Shown: positions 1 to 9,715 of the stretch, piece after piece
Layout of the letters: each line of letters starts with the position of its first letter
Position numbering within the stretch: position 1 is the stretch's first letter
Assembly (NCBI RefSeq): GCF_006345805.1
Contig: NW_021836206.1
Span: forward strand, 1 to 25,062
Length of the DNA: 25,062 nt
Reading direction: 5' to 3'
Source: Octopus sinensis
Lineage: Eukaryota
Translations under genes and position numbers: made by a program
The notes under the pieces: generated by a model
The model's input: the letters and a program-made list of their open reading frames with translations, nothing else
Told to the model about the DNA's origin: nothing
Database searches by the model: none

Positions 1-73
1 CGTGTATTGCATTCAATCATTCTCACTATCTCAATATCATTCTCTCCTTCCTCATACACACACATACGCAGGC

Positions 74-95
74 ACACACACACACACACACACAC

Positions 96-136
<41 letters not shown>

Positions 137-633
137 GTATGCATGTATCTATGTATGAATATATTCATGTACGTCCGTTTGGATAGCCATAGATATGTGT
201 ATATATATATATAATATATATATTGGATACATATATGTATATGCATATATACATATATATATATGCATATATATATATATACATATATATGCATATATAC
301 ATACATATATACATATATATGCATATATATATATACATATATATGCATATATGCAAACGTATATACATATATGCATTCTTGTACAAACATATATGTATGT
401 ATGTAATTATAAATATAAACATAGAAAGCACACACACACCCACACACACACACACGCGCATATATATATAAGTATATCACATTGCAAATGTATACATATA
501 TATATATATACATTTGTGTGTCTGTATATATACATATATATAAATAAGTATGTATGTGTGTATGGATGTATGTGTTTCTGCCCCTGTGTGTGTGTGTGTG
601 TCTGTGTGTGTGTGTGTGTCTGTGTGTGTGTGT

Positions 634-680
<47 letters not shown>
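74..680. repeat. Compound microsatellite block: (CA)n 74-131, degenerate (TA)n/(TACA)n core, (TG)n/(TCTGTG..)n 584-680
   Basis: Directly visible dinucleotide repeats. They explain the overlapping YI/HT/CV-rich ORFs. Confidence 0.95.
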
Positions 681-683
<3 letters not shown>

Positions 684-822
684 TGAGATGCACTTGGTAG
701 GTATTCTTTAACATTTGAATTAGCTGCAACGCAATTATATTTACAAATGTTATCCATCTTTTTGTGCATGCCCAGTATAAACAATGTAAATTACTTCTTG
801 ATTAGATTGGAGACTTGTGCAT

Positions 823-945
823 GGAAGAAGAAGGAGAAAAAGAAGAGAAAGAGGAGGAGCAGGAGGAGGAGAAGAAGATGGGGAGAAAACAAGAGGAGGA
901 GGGGGAGGAGAAGAAGAAGAAGAAATAGGAGGGAAAAAGAAAACA
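823..945. repeat. Polypurine (GGA/GAA) low-complexity tract
   Basis: Almost pyrimidine-free run of GAA/GGA triplets on the + strand. Confidence 0.9.
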
Positions 946-1084
946 AACTTAAACAATGTGTCCAACCTTTTACCTAAAGGCTTGTGTGGCTTTCATATGT
1001 CAAATCGAATTAATCGGAGATTCAACAATGATTGATTTTTATTCTTGCTACCCAGCAGATGTATATGTGTGTGTGTGCGTGTGC

Positions 1085-1126
<42 letters not shown>

Positions 1127-1477
1127 GTATATATATATATATGTATATATATACATACACACATGCCCATAGACATAAAATAACACACATCACATATACA
1201 TACGAATATACATATTTATATTTCCATCAATGTACGTGTACATATGAACAGATATATATATATATATAATATATATATATCAGTACACACACATACACAC
1301 ACACATCTATATGTATATAAATATTTATGCAAGTATATATGTATGTATGAATGTATTTGCGTATGTATGTATGTATGTATGTATGAATGTATGTATGTAG
1401 GTATGTATATATGTATTACGTATGTGTTATAAGAAAAAAGGCATTTATACACATGAATATATGAATGTATGAATATA

Positions 1478-1628
1478 TATATTAACTGAATATTTCCTCA
1501 ATATTAAATGAATATGAAGAAATTAAATATGGGTATGTGAGTCTCTATTTCTCACCCCGGTCTCTCCCTTTCTCCCTTTCTCTCACTCTATCTCTCTACA
1601 TCTTTCAAGTTCCTTCTGTTAGTGTGTG
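1478..1628. repeat. 151-bp direct repeat, copy 1 (copy 2 at 4051-4201)
   Basis: tatattaactgaatatttcc...ttctgttagtgtgtg occurs twice. I see one mismatch (cctCa vs cctGa). Confidence 0.95.
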
Positions 1629-1665
1629 TCTATTTATATATATATATGCATATATATATATATAT

Positions 1666-1893
1666 ATTTCTTTATTACCCACAAGGGGCTAAACACAGAG
1701 GGGACAAACAAGGACAGACATAGGTATTAAGTCGATTACATCGACCCCAGTGCGTAACTGGTACTTAATTTATCGACTCCGAAAGGATGAAAGGCAAAGT
1801 CGACCTCGGCGGAATTTGAACTCACAACGTAACGCAGACGAAATACCGCTAAGCATTTCGCCCGGCGTGCTAACGTTTCTGCCAGCTCGCCGC
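1666..1893 (-). mobile_element. tRNA-derived SINE, family A, monomer
   Basis: The minus strand begins GCGGCGAGCTGGCAGAAACGTTAGC (degenerate box A), has box B GAGTTCAAATTCC, a central GGTCGACTTTGCCTTTCATCCTTTCGGAGTCGATAAATTAAGTACCAG core (resembles the Meta/MESC SINE domain, from recall) and an A-rich tail. At least 8 related units occur in the window. Confidence 0.85.
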
Positions 1894-1980
1894 AGATATA
1901 TATATCGTCATGTTAGACCGCTGAACTGTACAAGTTTTTTTCCATTTTTTAAAATTCCGTCGCTATATCTTTTCTCATTC

Positions 1981-2018
1981 GTTTCTCTTGAAGAGCGTAG
2001 GCTCGAAATGTTAAAGAC
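1981..2018 (+). other. Decayed hammerhead-like motif in a ~200-bp module (about 1906-2110) between microsatellites
   Basis: GTTTCT-CTTGAAGA-GCGTAGGCTC-GAAA-TGTT-AAAGAC. The stem I arms pair 5 of 6, the core has an extra T, and stem III is imperfect. Confidence 0.3.
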
Positions 2019-2275
2019 CTCTACATTTTTCTCGAGTGTCAAAGTAATGCACTTGCTTGTTGTTCATACACCTCTCTTCGTCTTCTGTGTTTTCTATAAA
2101 TTTCAACTATATATGAGTGTGTGTGTGTGCGCGTGTGTGTGTTCGGAATGTGTCTGTATGTATGCGATTCTATAAATACATATATACATATATACATACA
2201 TACGAAATAGACATGCATGTGAATTTCAGTATACATGGGCATATATATCTATATCTTTTCACTTACAACTGATAT

Positions 2276-2680
2276 ACTCATTTACTCTTTTCCTTGTTTC
2301 AGTCATTTGACTGCGGCCATGCTGGAGCACCGCCTTTAATCGCGCAACTCGACCCCGGGACTTATTCTTTTGTAAGCCCAATACTTATTCTATCGGTCTC
2401 TTTTGCCGAACCGCTAAGAAACGGGGACATAAACACACCAGCATCGGTTGTCAAGCAATGCTAGGGGAACAAACACAGACACACAAACACACACATGCAT
2501 ATATATATATATATATATACATATATACGACGGGCTTCTTTTCAGTTTCCGTCTACCAAATCCACTCACAAGACTTTGGTCGGCCCGAGGCTATAGTAGA
2601 AGACGTTTGCCCAAGGTGCCACGCAGTTGACTGAACCCGGAACCACGTGGTTGGTAAACAAGCTACTTACCACACAGCCA
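2276..2680 (-). mobile_element. tRNA-derived SINE, family B, full length
   Basis: Reverse complement of the 5063-5468 copy: head TGGCTGTGTGGTAAG...CCGGGTTCAGTC, internal (TA)/(TG) microsatellite, tail ...CAGTCAAATGACTGAAACAAG. Confidence 0.9.
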
Positions 2681-2683
2681 TAA

Positions 2684-2716
<33 letters not shown>

Positions 2717-2730
2717 CATATATGCATATA

Positions 2731-2880
2731 TACGACAGGCTTCTTAAGTTTCGTCTACCAAATCCACTCACAAGCTTTGGTCGGCCCGAGGCTATAGTAG
2801 AAGACACTTGCCCAAGGTGCCACGCAGTGGGACTGAACCCGGAACCACGTGGTTGGTAAACAAATACTACCAAACAGCCA
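2731..2880 (-). mobile_element. SINE family B, head half only
   Basis: Matches 2525-2680 and shares the diagnostic aaccacGtgg variant. Confidence 0.9.
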
Positions 2881-2896
2881 TATATATATATAATAT

Positions 2897-2935
<39 letters not shown>

Positions 2936-2969
2936 ATGTATATATATATGTATGTATATATGTATATGT

Positions 2970-3184
2970 TTGTGTGTCTGTGTGTTGCCACCCCCAACAT
3001 CGCTTGACAACCTATGCTGGTGTTTTTTATGCCCCCTGGTACCTAGCGGTTCGGCAAGATTGACCGATATAATATGTACTTGGCTGACAAAGAATAAGTA
3101 CTGTTGTCGATTTGCTCGGCTAAAGGCCGTGTTCCAGCATGGCCGCAGTCAAATGACTGAACAAATGAGAGAATAAAAGAATAA
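2970..3184 (+). mobile_element. SINE family B, tail half (diverged)
   Basis: catcgcttgacaacc...tagcggttcggcaa...ccagcatggccgcagtcaaatgactgaac aligns by eye to 5250-5468. Confidence 0.85.
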
Positions 3185-3621
3185 GGGAATCATGTAAATT
3201 CTTGTGTTTCGTAAGGCGATTAATGGCCTGCTCCGTTGAAGATTTTATTTCTCCTCAAACCGGTCTGTGTTGAAAAACCTTCTGAAGAGAACACTTGCTG
3301 CTACCAAGAACAGCAAATACAGGAAAGGCACCGGTCGAGGTAATGCACGTTTAAACACATACAGAGAATTGTAGCTATATGTATGTATCTATATATATTA
3401 TATATATATATATATATAATATATATATCTATATTATATATATATATAATATATTAGGGAATATCCAAATTTACAGGGAAAAAAATCAGATTTAGGAAAA
3501 ATCGATTTTCTATATGTAAAATATTATAAAATATTATTAGAGACAAAACCACTATTTTCCAAAACAAACAAGGAAAGACTTAATCAATACATTAAAATTT
3601 TAATAAATAGTCAAAAAACCG

Positions 3622-3664
3622 CCACTACAATCGTTTCTTGTCTTGATCGACAATCTTCAGGTGG
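3622..3664 (-). ncRNA. Minimal type I hammerhead ribozyme motif
   Basis: Minus strand reads CCAC-CTGAAGA-TTGTC-GATCAA-GACAA-GAAA-C-GATT-G-TA^GTGG. The CUGANGA/GAAA core is complete, with a 4-bp stem I, a 5-bp stem II, a 2-bp stem III and a GUA cleavage triplet (cut between 3626 and 3625). Confidence 0.75.
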
Positions 3665-4050
3665 ACTTCCAATCTAAAAAAATCAATATTTTAAAATATA
3701 AAATAATAATTTTAAAATAATTAAAGTATGAATGAAAAAATATAAGTATATAATCCATATATAACCTATCTATAATCCATATATAATCAATATATAAACA
3801 ATATATAAACTAAAAAACTATCACAATTAATTAAATATAAAATATAAAATATAAAATATAAAATATAAAACAAAACAAAAAAATAAATAATAATAAATAA
3901 TAATAAACTATATATACACCCATACACATATACCTAATTATATATAACCATATCTAACGACATACACTAAATCACACACCTATATATAAATCCCTATACA
4001 TACACATAAAAATGTCTAGGCAACTATAAATAAATAAAATAGCTAAATAC

Positions 4051-4201
4051 TATATTAACTGAATATTTCCTGAATATTAAATGAATATGAAGAAATTAAA
4101 TATGGGTATGTGAGTCTCTATTTCTCACCCCGGTCTCTCCCTTTCTCCCTTTCTCTCACTCTATCTCTCTACATCTTTCAAGTTCCTTCTGTTAGTGTGT
4201 G
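4051..4201. repeat. 151-bp direct repeat, copy 2 (copy 1 at 1478-1628)
   Basis: Near-identical to 1478-1628, offset 2573 bp. Confidence 0.95.
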
Positions 4202-4314
4202 ATATAATGCCTCATATATGTATATGCGTATAAGTGTGTTTGTGCGATTTCTTGTAGTATCGTACAAAATATAATTCGCTGCATATATATATATATACAT
4301 ATATATATTTATAC

Positions 4315-4346
<32 letters not shown>

Positions 4347-4904
4347 ATATTATAATATGTACATATATATGTATACATATATATACAATATATATGGTAT
4401 TCATATACACACACACACACATATATATATATGTTACAACTCACATCCATATATAATATAATATATATATATAATATATATATATATATAATATAATATA
4501 AGATATATATATAAATATGAATGGCGCATCACAAACTTCTCATTATTGTAAACAGTATTTTAAACAATGGACCTATAGAAACCTCATTGCAGTTTACCCA
4601 TAAACTCTGCGACAGAACAATGCAATCTATATTAATATATTTTCACTGAAAAATCTATTACACTACTCCAGCCATTCGGTGTAAAGTTGTAAGCGAGGAC
4701 ATCAGCAGTGGGGAAGTGGATCTTTAAACAAGCGTCCGCCATTAATAAGGAATTGGGTTAGCGAGAATCTCGCAGGAAGAAGACATGACACGCAACGAGT
4801 TACCGTTTTGCTATAAAAGCATGTGTAACTTACATACGTTTAAAATAAAGAAAGAACAAGATGTACTTGCATCTTCCTTTGTATCTCTCCTCTCCTCTTA
4901 ATCG

Positions 4905-4931
4905 TTATATATATATCGTTTATATATATAT

Positions 4932-4977
<46 letters not shown>

Positions 4978-5009
4978 ATATATTATATATATATTATAAT
5001 ATATTATAC

Positions 5010-5062
<53 letters not shown>
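4905..5062. repeat. Degenerate (TA)n tract
   Basis: Directly visible. A family B SINE begins at its right edge. Confidence 0.95.
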
Positions 5063-5064
<2 letters not shown>

Positions 5065-5468
5065 CGCAGGAGTGGCTGTGTGGTAAGTAGCTTGTTAACC
5101 AACCACATGGTTCCGGGTTTCAGTCCCACTGCGTGGCATCTTGGGCAAGTGTCTTCTGCTATACCCCTGGCCGACCAATGCCTTGGAGTGGATTGGTAGA
5201 CGGAAACTGAAAGAAGCCTGTCGTATATATGTGTATATATATATATATGTGTGTGTTTGTGTGTCTGTATTTGTCCCCCTAGCATCGCTTGACAACCGAT
5301 GCTTGTGTGTTTACGTCCCCATCACCTAGCGGTTCGGCAAAAAAGAGACCGATAGAATAAGTACTGGGCTTACAAAGAATAAGTCCCGGGGTCGAGTTGC
5401 TCGATTAAAGGCGGTGCTCCAGCATGGCTGCAGTCAAATGACTGAAAACAAGTAAAAGAGTAAAAGAG
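5063..5468 (+). mobile_element. tRNA-derived SINE, family B, full length
   Basis: Head GGCGCAGGAGTGGCTGTGTGGTAAG (box A-like) and GGGTTTCAGTCC (box B-like), internal microsatellite, tail ending in (TAAAAGAG)2, with (TA)n on both sides. Confidence 0.9.
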
Positions 5469-5578
5469 TATATATATATATATATAGAAAGAGAGAGAGA
5501 GAGAGAGAGAGAGAGCAGTTGTATACTGTCAACTTAACGTGGCAGTCCGATAAAGGGAATCACACCATCGCTATTTAG

Positions 5579-5609
<31 letters not shown>

Positions 5610-5612
<3 letters not shown>

Positions 5613-5757
5613 CGGAGTAAACACATAAATGTGAAACAAGGTGGAAAAAAAGAGTATTCAGATTCCAGGGGTAAATTGTAACAAAACACTCTGACGAACG
5701 GGAACGCGAAACTCCGAGTAACAGGTTTTGTTGAATTTCGGCTGCTTTTAAATAAAG
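5610..5757 (+). mobile_element. ~150-bp module between two (TA)n tracts carrying a hammerhead-like motif
   Basis: Unique-looking 148-bp segment flanked by (TA)n at 5581-5609 and 5758-5770. Classification as a retrozyme/PLE derivative is inference. Confidence 0.45.
5673..5738 (+). ncRNA. Type I hammerhead ribozyme-like motif
   Basis: AACAAAACACT-CTGACGA-ACG-GGAA-CGC-GAAA-C-TCCGA-G-TA^ACAG-GTTTTGTT. The core is intact. The distal stem I is an 8-bp helix (5680-5687/5725-5732) extended by AAATT/AATTT. There is an A-C mismatch at the base of stem II and an internal loop in proximal stem I. Confidence 0.6.
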
Positions 5758-6320
5758 TATATATATATATGCATACACACACAAACATTTACGATGTTCA
5801 AGTGTATACAGCTTTATTTCTTTGTTGCTATAACTACGTGCTTAAAACATTAAGCTAGAGTCACGTTATCTGATTGAGTCACAGTAATAAATTAAATACC
5901 TTTACAAAGATGAAAAGATTGCCGAACAAACTACAGGATGTTAGATATTATTCACGAATAAGAATCCACAATTTATTTATTGTCAAAAATCTTAACTGGA
6001 TAAACTCATTTTCTGAATAAACTCAGCTTAGTAATGTCCGTGATTATGCGATTATATCATCATAATAATCAAAAAACAAAATGTTCTATGAGCTGGTAAT
6101 TCTTTTCAGCTGAGAAAAATCTCAGAAGAATTTGCTATTAAAGCTTTTTGAAAACTGCATTAATATTGCAAAAGAATCAATGATTACACTTGAAACCTTC
6201 ACACAAAGGCAGGTCGGTGTTTTGTTCTGCGATGAAAATGCTTAACTCAGGAAATCTATTTACCGGTCTTTTATTGTTTTCTGTGGGTTTCTCACAGTGT
6301 GAGGTACTTAGAGGATTATA

Positions 6321-7141
6321 TATTTATTTATTGCCCACAAGGGGCTAAACACAGAGGGGAAAAACAAGGACAGACACACGGATTAAGTCGATTACATCGA
6401 CCCCAGTGCGTAATTGCTATCTTAATTTATCTACCCCGCAAGGATGACAGGCAAAGTCGACCTCGGCGGCAGTTGAAATCAGTACGTAACGGCAGACGAA
6501 ATACCTATTTCTTTACTACCCACAAGGGGCTAAACACAGAGAGGACAAACAAGGACAGACACACGGATTAAGTCGATTACATCGACCCCAGTGCGTGACT
6601 GATACTTATTTAATGGACCCCTAAAGGATGAAAGACAAAGTCGACCTTGGCGGAATTTGAACTCAGAACGTAACGACGGACGATATACGGCTACACATTT
6701 CGCCCGGCGTGCTAACGTTTCTTATCTCTTTATTGCCCACAAGAGGCTAAACATAGAGGGGACGAACAAGGACAGACAAACGGACTAAGTCGATTATAAC
6801 TACCCCAGTGCGTAACTGGTACTTATTTAATCGATCCCGAAAGGATGAAAGGCAAAGTCGACTTCGGTGATATTTGAACTCAGAACGTAGCGGCAGACAA
6901 AATACCTATTTCTTTACTACCCACAAGGGGCTAAACACAGAGAGGACAAACAAGAACAGACAAAGGGATTACGTCGATTACTTCGACCCTAGTGCGTAAC
7001 TGGTACTTAATTTATCGACCCTGAAAGGATGAAAGGCAAAGTCGACCTCGGCGGAATTTGAATTCGGACGTAACGACAGACGAAATACGGCTACGCATTT
7101 CGCCCGGCGTGCTAACGTTTCTGCCAGCTCACCGCACTATG
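6321..7141 (-). mobile_element. Four-unit multimeric SINE (family A) flanked by the 14-bp TSD CTTAGAGGATTATA
   Basis: Units at about 6321-6504, 6505-6722, 6723-6905 and 6906-7135. Identical 14-mers at 6307-6320 and 7142-7155. Confidence 0.9.
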
Positions 7142-7685
7142 CTTAGAGGATTATAACAGCAGATATTGACAGCATGCATCACGAGATCTTTTTAGGTCGG
7201 AAGCGGATATTCATAAATTTGGATTCAATTTTCGCCGGCACGGTATTATAGTTAAATTATTCGTTTTGCTATAGGATAGCCTGCGACAACTTGTTTAATA
7301 TTTATCTATTATCCTCGCAGAGTATGAAATAGATAATTAAATTTAGTAGACGGAATCTGGCTGTGTAGAGATCTGGTCGATGAACCGTGTCTTTTGCTTT
7401 GCATTTCATTCCCGTTAGTAAGACACACCCGGTTATAGGATAAAACACTTTGACCTAATATTGGATCACTTCTGAGGAACCCATTGAATATCGTCGCTTC
7501 AATGGTGTTCGGCATATAGATAAAAATTCCCTTTGTTCACCGGTTACCCAGGAAAGGTTCCAGACTACAGTCTCCTATCCTATAATGTATTAGACAAGGA
7601 ACAAATGGGAGAGATTGATGTGTAGGGACTTTAGTTGATTCACTGTCTTAGAATATTTGCGGTTATTCTCCTAACACTGATGATA

Positions 7686-7880
7686 TTCTTTTCTACTCCA
7701 GCCACAAGGCCCGAAATTTAAGAGGAGGTCACCAGTCAATTAGATCGATCCCTGTACGCAACTGGTTCTTATGGGATGAAAGGCGAAGTCGACCCCGACG
7801 AAATTTGAACTCAGAACGTTAAGATAGACGGAATAATGCTAAGTATTTCGCCCGGCGTGCTAACGTTTCTGCCAGCTCGC
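7686..7880 (-). mobile_element. SINE family A variant with a different 3' tail (older copy)
   Basis: Shares the head cgcccggcgtgctaacgtttctgccagctcgc and the core ggatgaaaggcgaagtcgac, but the tail is ccacaaggcccgaaattt rather than cacaaggggctaaac. Confidence 0.8.
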
Positions 7881-7904
7881 TCTCCTTGAGAGAGAATATA
7901 TATA

Positions 7905-7995
7905 TTCTTTTGTATGCTAGGCACAAGGACCGAAATTTGTGGGGAGTGGGTAACCTGATTAGATCTATCCCAGTACGCAAGTGGTACTTAATTTA
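7905..7995 (-). mobile_element. Tail fragment of the same variant SINE
   Basis: gcacaaggaccgaaatttg...cccagtacgcaagtggtacttaattt resembles 7700-7770. Confidence 0.65.
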
Positions 7996-8232
7996 CCGGT
8001 CAAACTAAAGGCTTTGACCCGAGCAAAAAAGAAAAAAAAAAAGAAAAAATAGGGCACTAGGTGTAAAACAACTTGCTCTAAACGAATATGAAAAACGATT
8101 GCGCGCAGGCGAACGTGGTGTGTATATACATACACACACGTGTCAGTTTTAAAATCTTTAGTGTATCAACAATTACGTAAGCCACGTTACCGATTCGGAT
8201 AGAAAGCACTTTCTAATTTATCATTGATAAAA

Positions 8233-8621
8233 TCTTTATATATAAAAGAGAGTTTGTGTGCTGTCTGTCTCCTACGATTTAAATTCCTAACCACATTTTG
8301 CGGTGCAGTTTAACCAAAACCGGGTATCTTATAGTCGTGATTCATATCGAGCCCTTCTGGGTATTAGCGCGCGTCTACGATGAGTCTACGATTAAAAAAA
8401 AAATTACCATCAATTTTTCCCATTTTTTAATGCATTTTTGGCATATATAAGGGAAGTAACTCTCTAAAAGTATATTATTAAATCTCAGATCGTAAAAAGC
8501 TACAGTAACACCCCCCTTTGTGGTTAGCCATATTGAGATGGCTATTATACTTTACATCCCTAAAAATGCTTATATAGTTATTTCCCTTACAAACCCGAGC
8601 AACGCCGGGCGATACTGCTAG
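8233..8621 (+). mobile_element. Complete non-autonomous Helitron (389 bp)
   Basis: 5' TC terminus after A (aa|TCTTTATATATAAAAG), subterminal GC hairpin CCCGAGCAACGCCGGG (8594-8609), 3' CTAG followed by T. Inserted in an A^T site with no TSD. Confidence 0.85.
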
Positions 8622-9324
8622 TTTAATATATTTCTTATGACAGTAGTCAGTATTTTCGTTTCCGTTTAAAGCCAGTAAGTTGTAATTTGAGAGAAACCGA
8701 CCTGTTACTACTAGCAGGTAAAGTGACAGACGTAGGAGGTTGCCTATAGAAAATAGTGATGATGATGCACTAAATTTTAGCATTGTCGTTTAACCGCAGG
8801 TCAACACGTATCGAGTGGTCGTAAGATCAAAGATATTCCATCCATGAGCATCCTGCCTTTTTTCTTCGTTTGTCTTCAGACGCTGTTTACTTAAGATTAT
8901 AATATCTAATACGCGTTTCCTTTATATTTTTAAAGACACCGTTTGTTATGTAAGTCGGAGTGTTGTGACTTTCTCTAACAAGTCCAGCGATCAAAGTAAA
9001 GGCTTCATACTGCGTCTCATAGTCAGATTTCATGAGTATCGAAACTTAGTATCGACCGAAGTTTTTCATCTCTCGGGGATCGATAAAAGACTCTTCGAAC
9101 TGGTTATATTGATTCCCAGGGGAAGGAAAGAAAGGCAAAGTCGTATCAAAACAGAAGAACCATCTGCCGCATCAACAGAAATTGATAATTCTTTTGTTCT
9201 TTGCCGTTGTTCATATACTGAAAGACAACTTCCTGCTCGGCTGCTTTCTCGATTCGATTTACGCCATTCTCCTTGCACCGTTTCAAATTATACTTGTGTT
9301 ATTCATCCTGCATTACACACAGAA

Positions 9325-9450
9325 TGTGGCGGAATGGTTAAGAAGTTCGTTTCACAAACTCGAATCTCCACGTTCGATCTCAGCGTCTGGCGTCATGGGT
9401 AAAATCATTCGTTATAGCATCCAGTTCACCATAACATGTGAGTGAAATTT
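9325..9450 (+). mobile_element. Highly decayed family B-like SINE head
   Basis: gtggcggaatggttaagaagttcg...acgttcgatctc...catgtgagtgaaattt is colinear with the family B head. Confidence 0.5.
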
Positions 9451-9463
9451 ATCAGAATTATAT

Positions 9464-9587
9464 GCGTAGGAGTGGCTGTATGGTGGTAAGTAGCCTGCTT
9501 ACCAACCACGCGGTTCCGGGTTCAGTCCCACTGCGTGGCACCTTGGGCAAGTGTCTTCTACTGTAGCCTCGGGCCGATCAAATCCTT
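9464..9587 (+). mobile_element. SINE family B head, 3'-truncated
   Basis: Near-exact match to 5064-5190. Confidence 0.9.
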
Positions 9588-9589
9588 CG

Positions 9590-9715
9590 TTGCCGTCGTC
9601 GTGGTCACCGTCAACATCATCATCCACACATCATCATCATCGTCATAATCATCATCACCAACACCACTACCACCACCACCACCACCACCACCACCATCAT
9701 TGACATCATCATCTT
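9590..9715. repeat. (CAT/CAC/CGT)n degenerate trinucleotide tract
   Basis: Directly visible. Confidence 0.9.

Larger units (their letters stand above)
3452..4201 (-). mobile_element. Putative non-autonomous Penelope-like / retrozyme-like AT-rich element carrying a hammerhead motif
   Basis: About 750 bp AT-rich segment that starts at a (TA)n tract, contains the hammerhead fold at 3622-3664 and ends in the 151-bp repeat. Boundaries and class are inferred. Confidence 0.4.

Noticed and set aside
6126-6212. Possible exon KNLLLKLFENCINIAKESMITLETFTQRQ
   Set aside because: The acceptor lacks a pyrimidine tract, the donor is weak (GTCGGT), the better upstream acceptor gives stops in all frames, and the peptide is unrecognised.
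6321-7135. Periodic ~185-bp repeats as a CRISPR array or classical satellite
   Set aside because: Whole units are homologous with no unique spacers, and they derive from a dispersed SINE with a Pol III head.
7472-7512. CTGAGGA followed by a 12-bp hairpin (GAACCCATTGAA/TTCAATGGTGTTC) as a hammerhead or pre-miRNA
   Set aside because: No GAAA core follows the stem, and the hairpin is too short for a pre-miRNA.
7677-7720. CTGATGA...GAAA as a hammerhead
   Set aside because: The intervening sequence cannot form stem II and is a SINE tail.
8790-8830. 21-nt microexon (CGCAG|GTCAAC...GGTC|GTAAGA)
   Set aside because: It looks like a decayed dispersed repeat and the donor context is weak.
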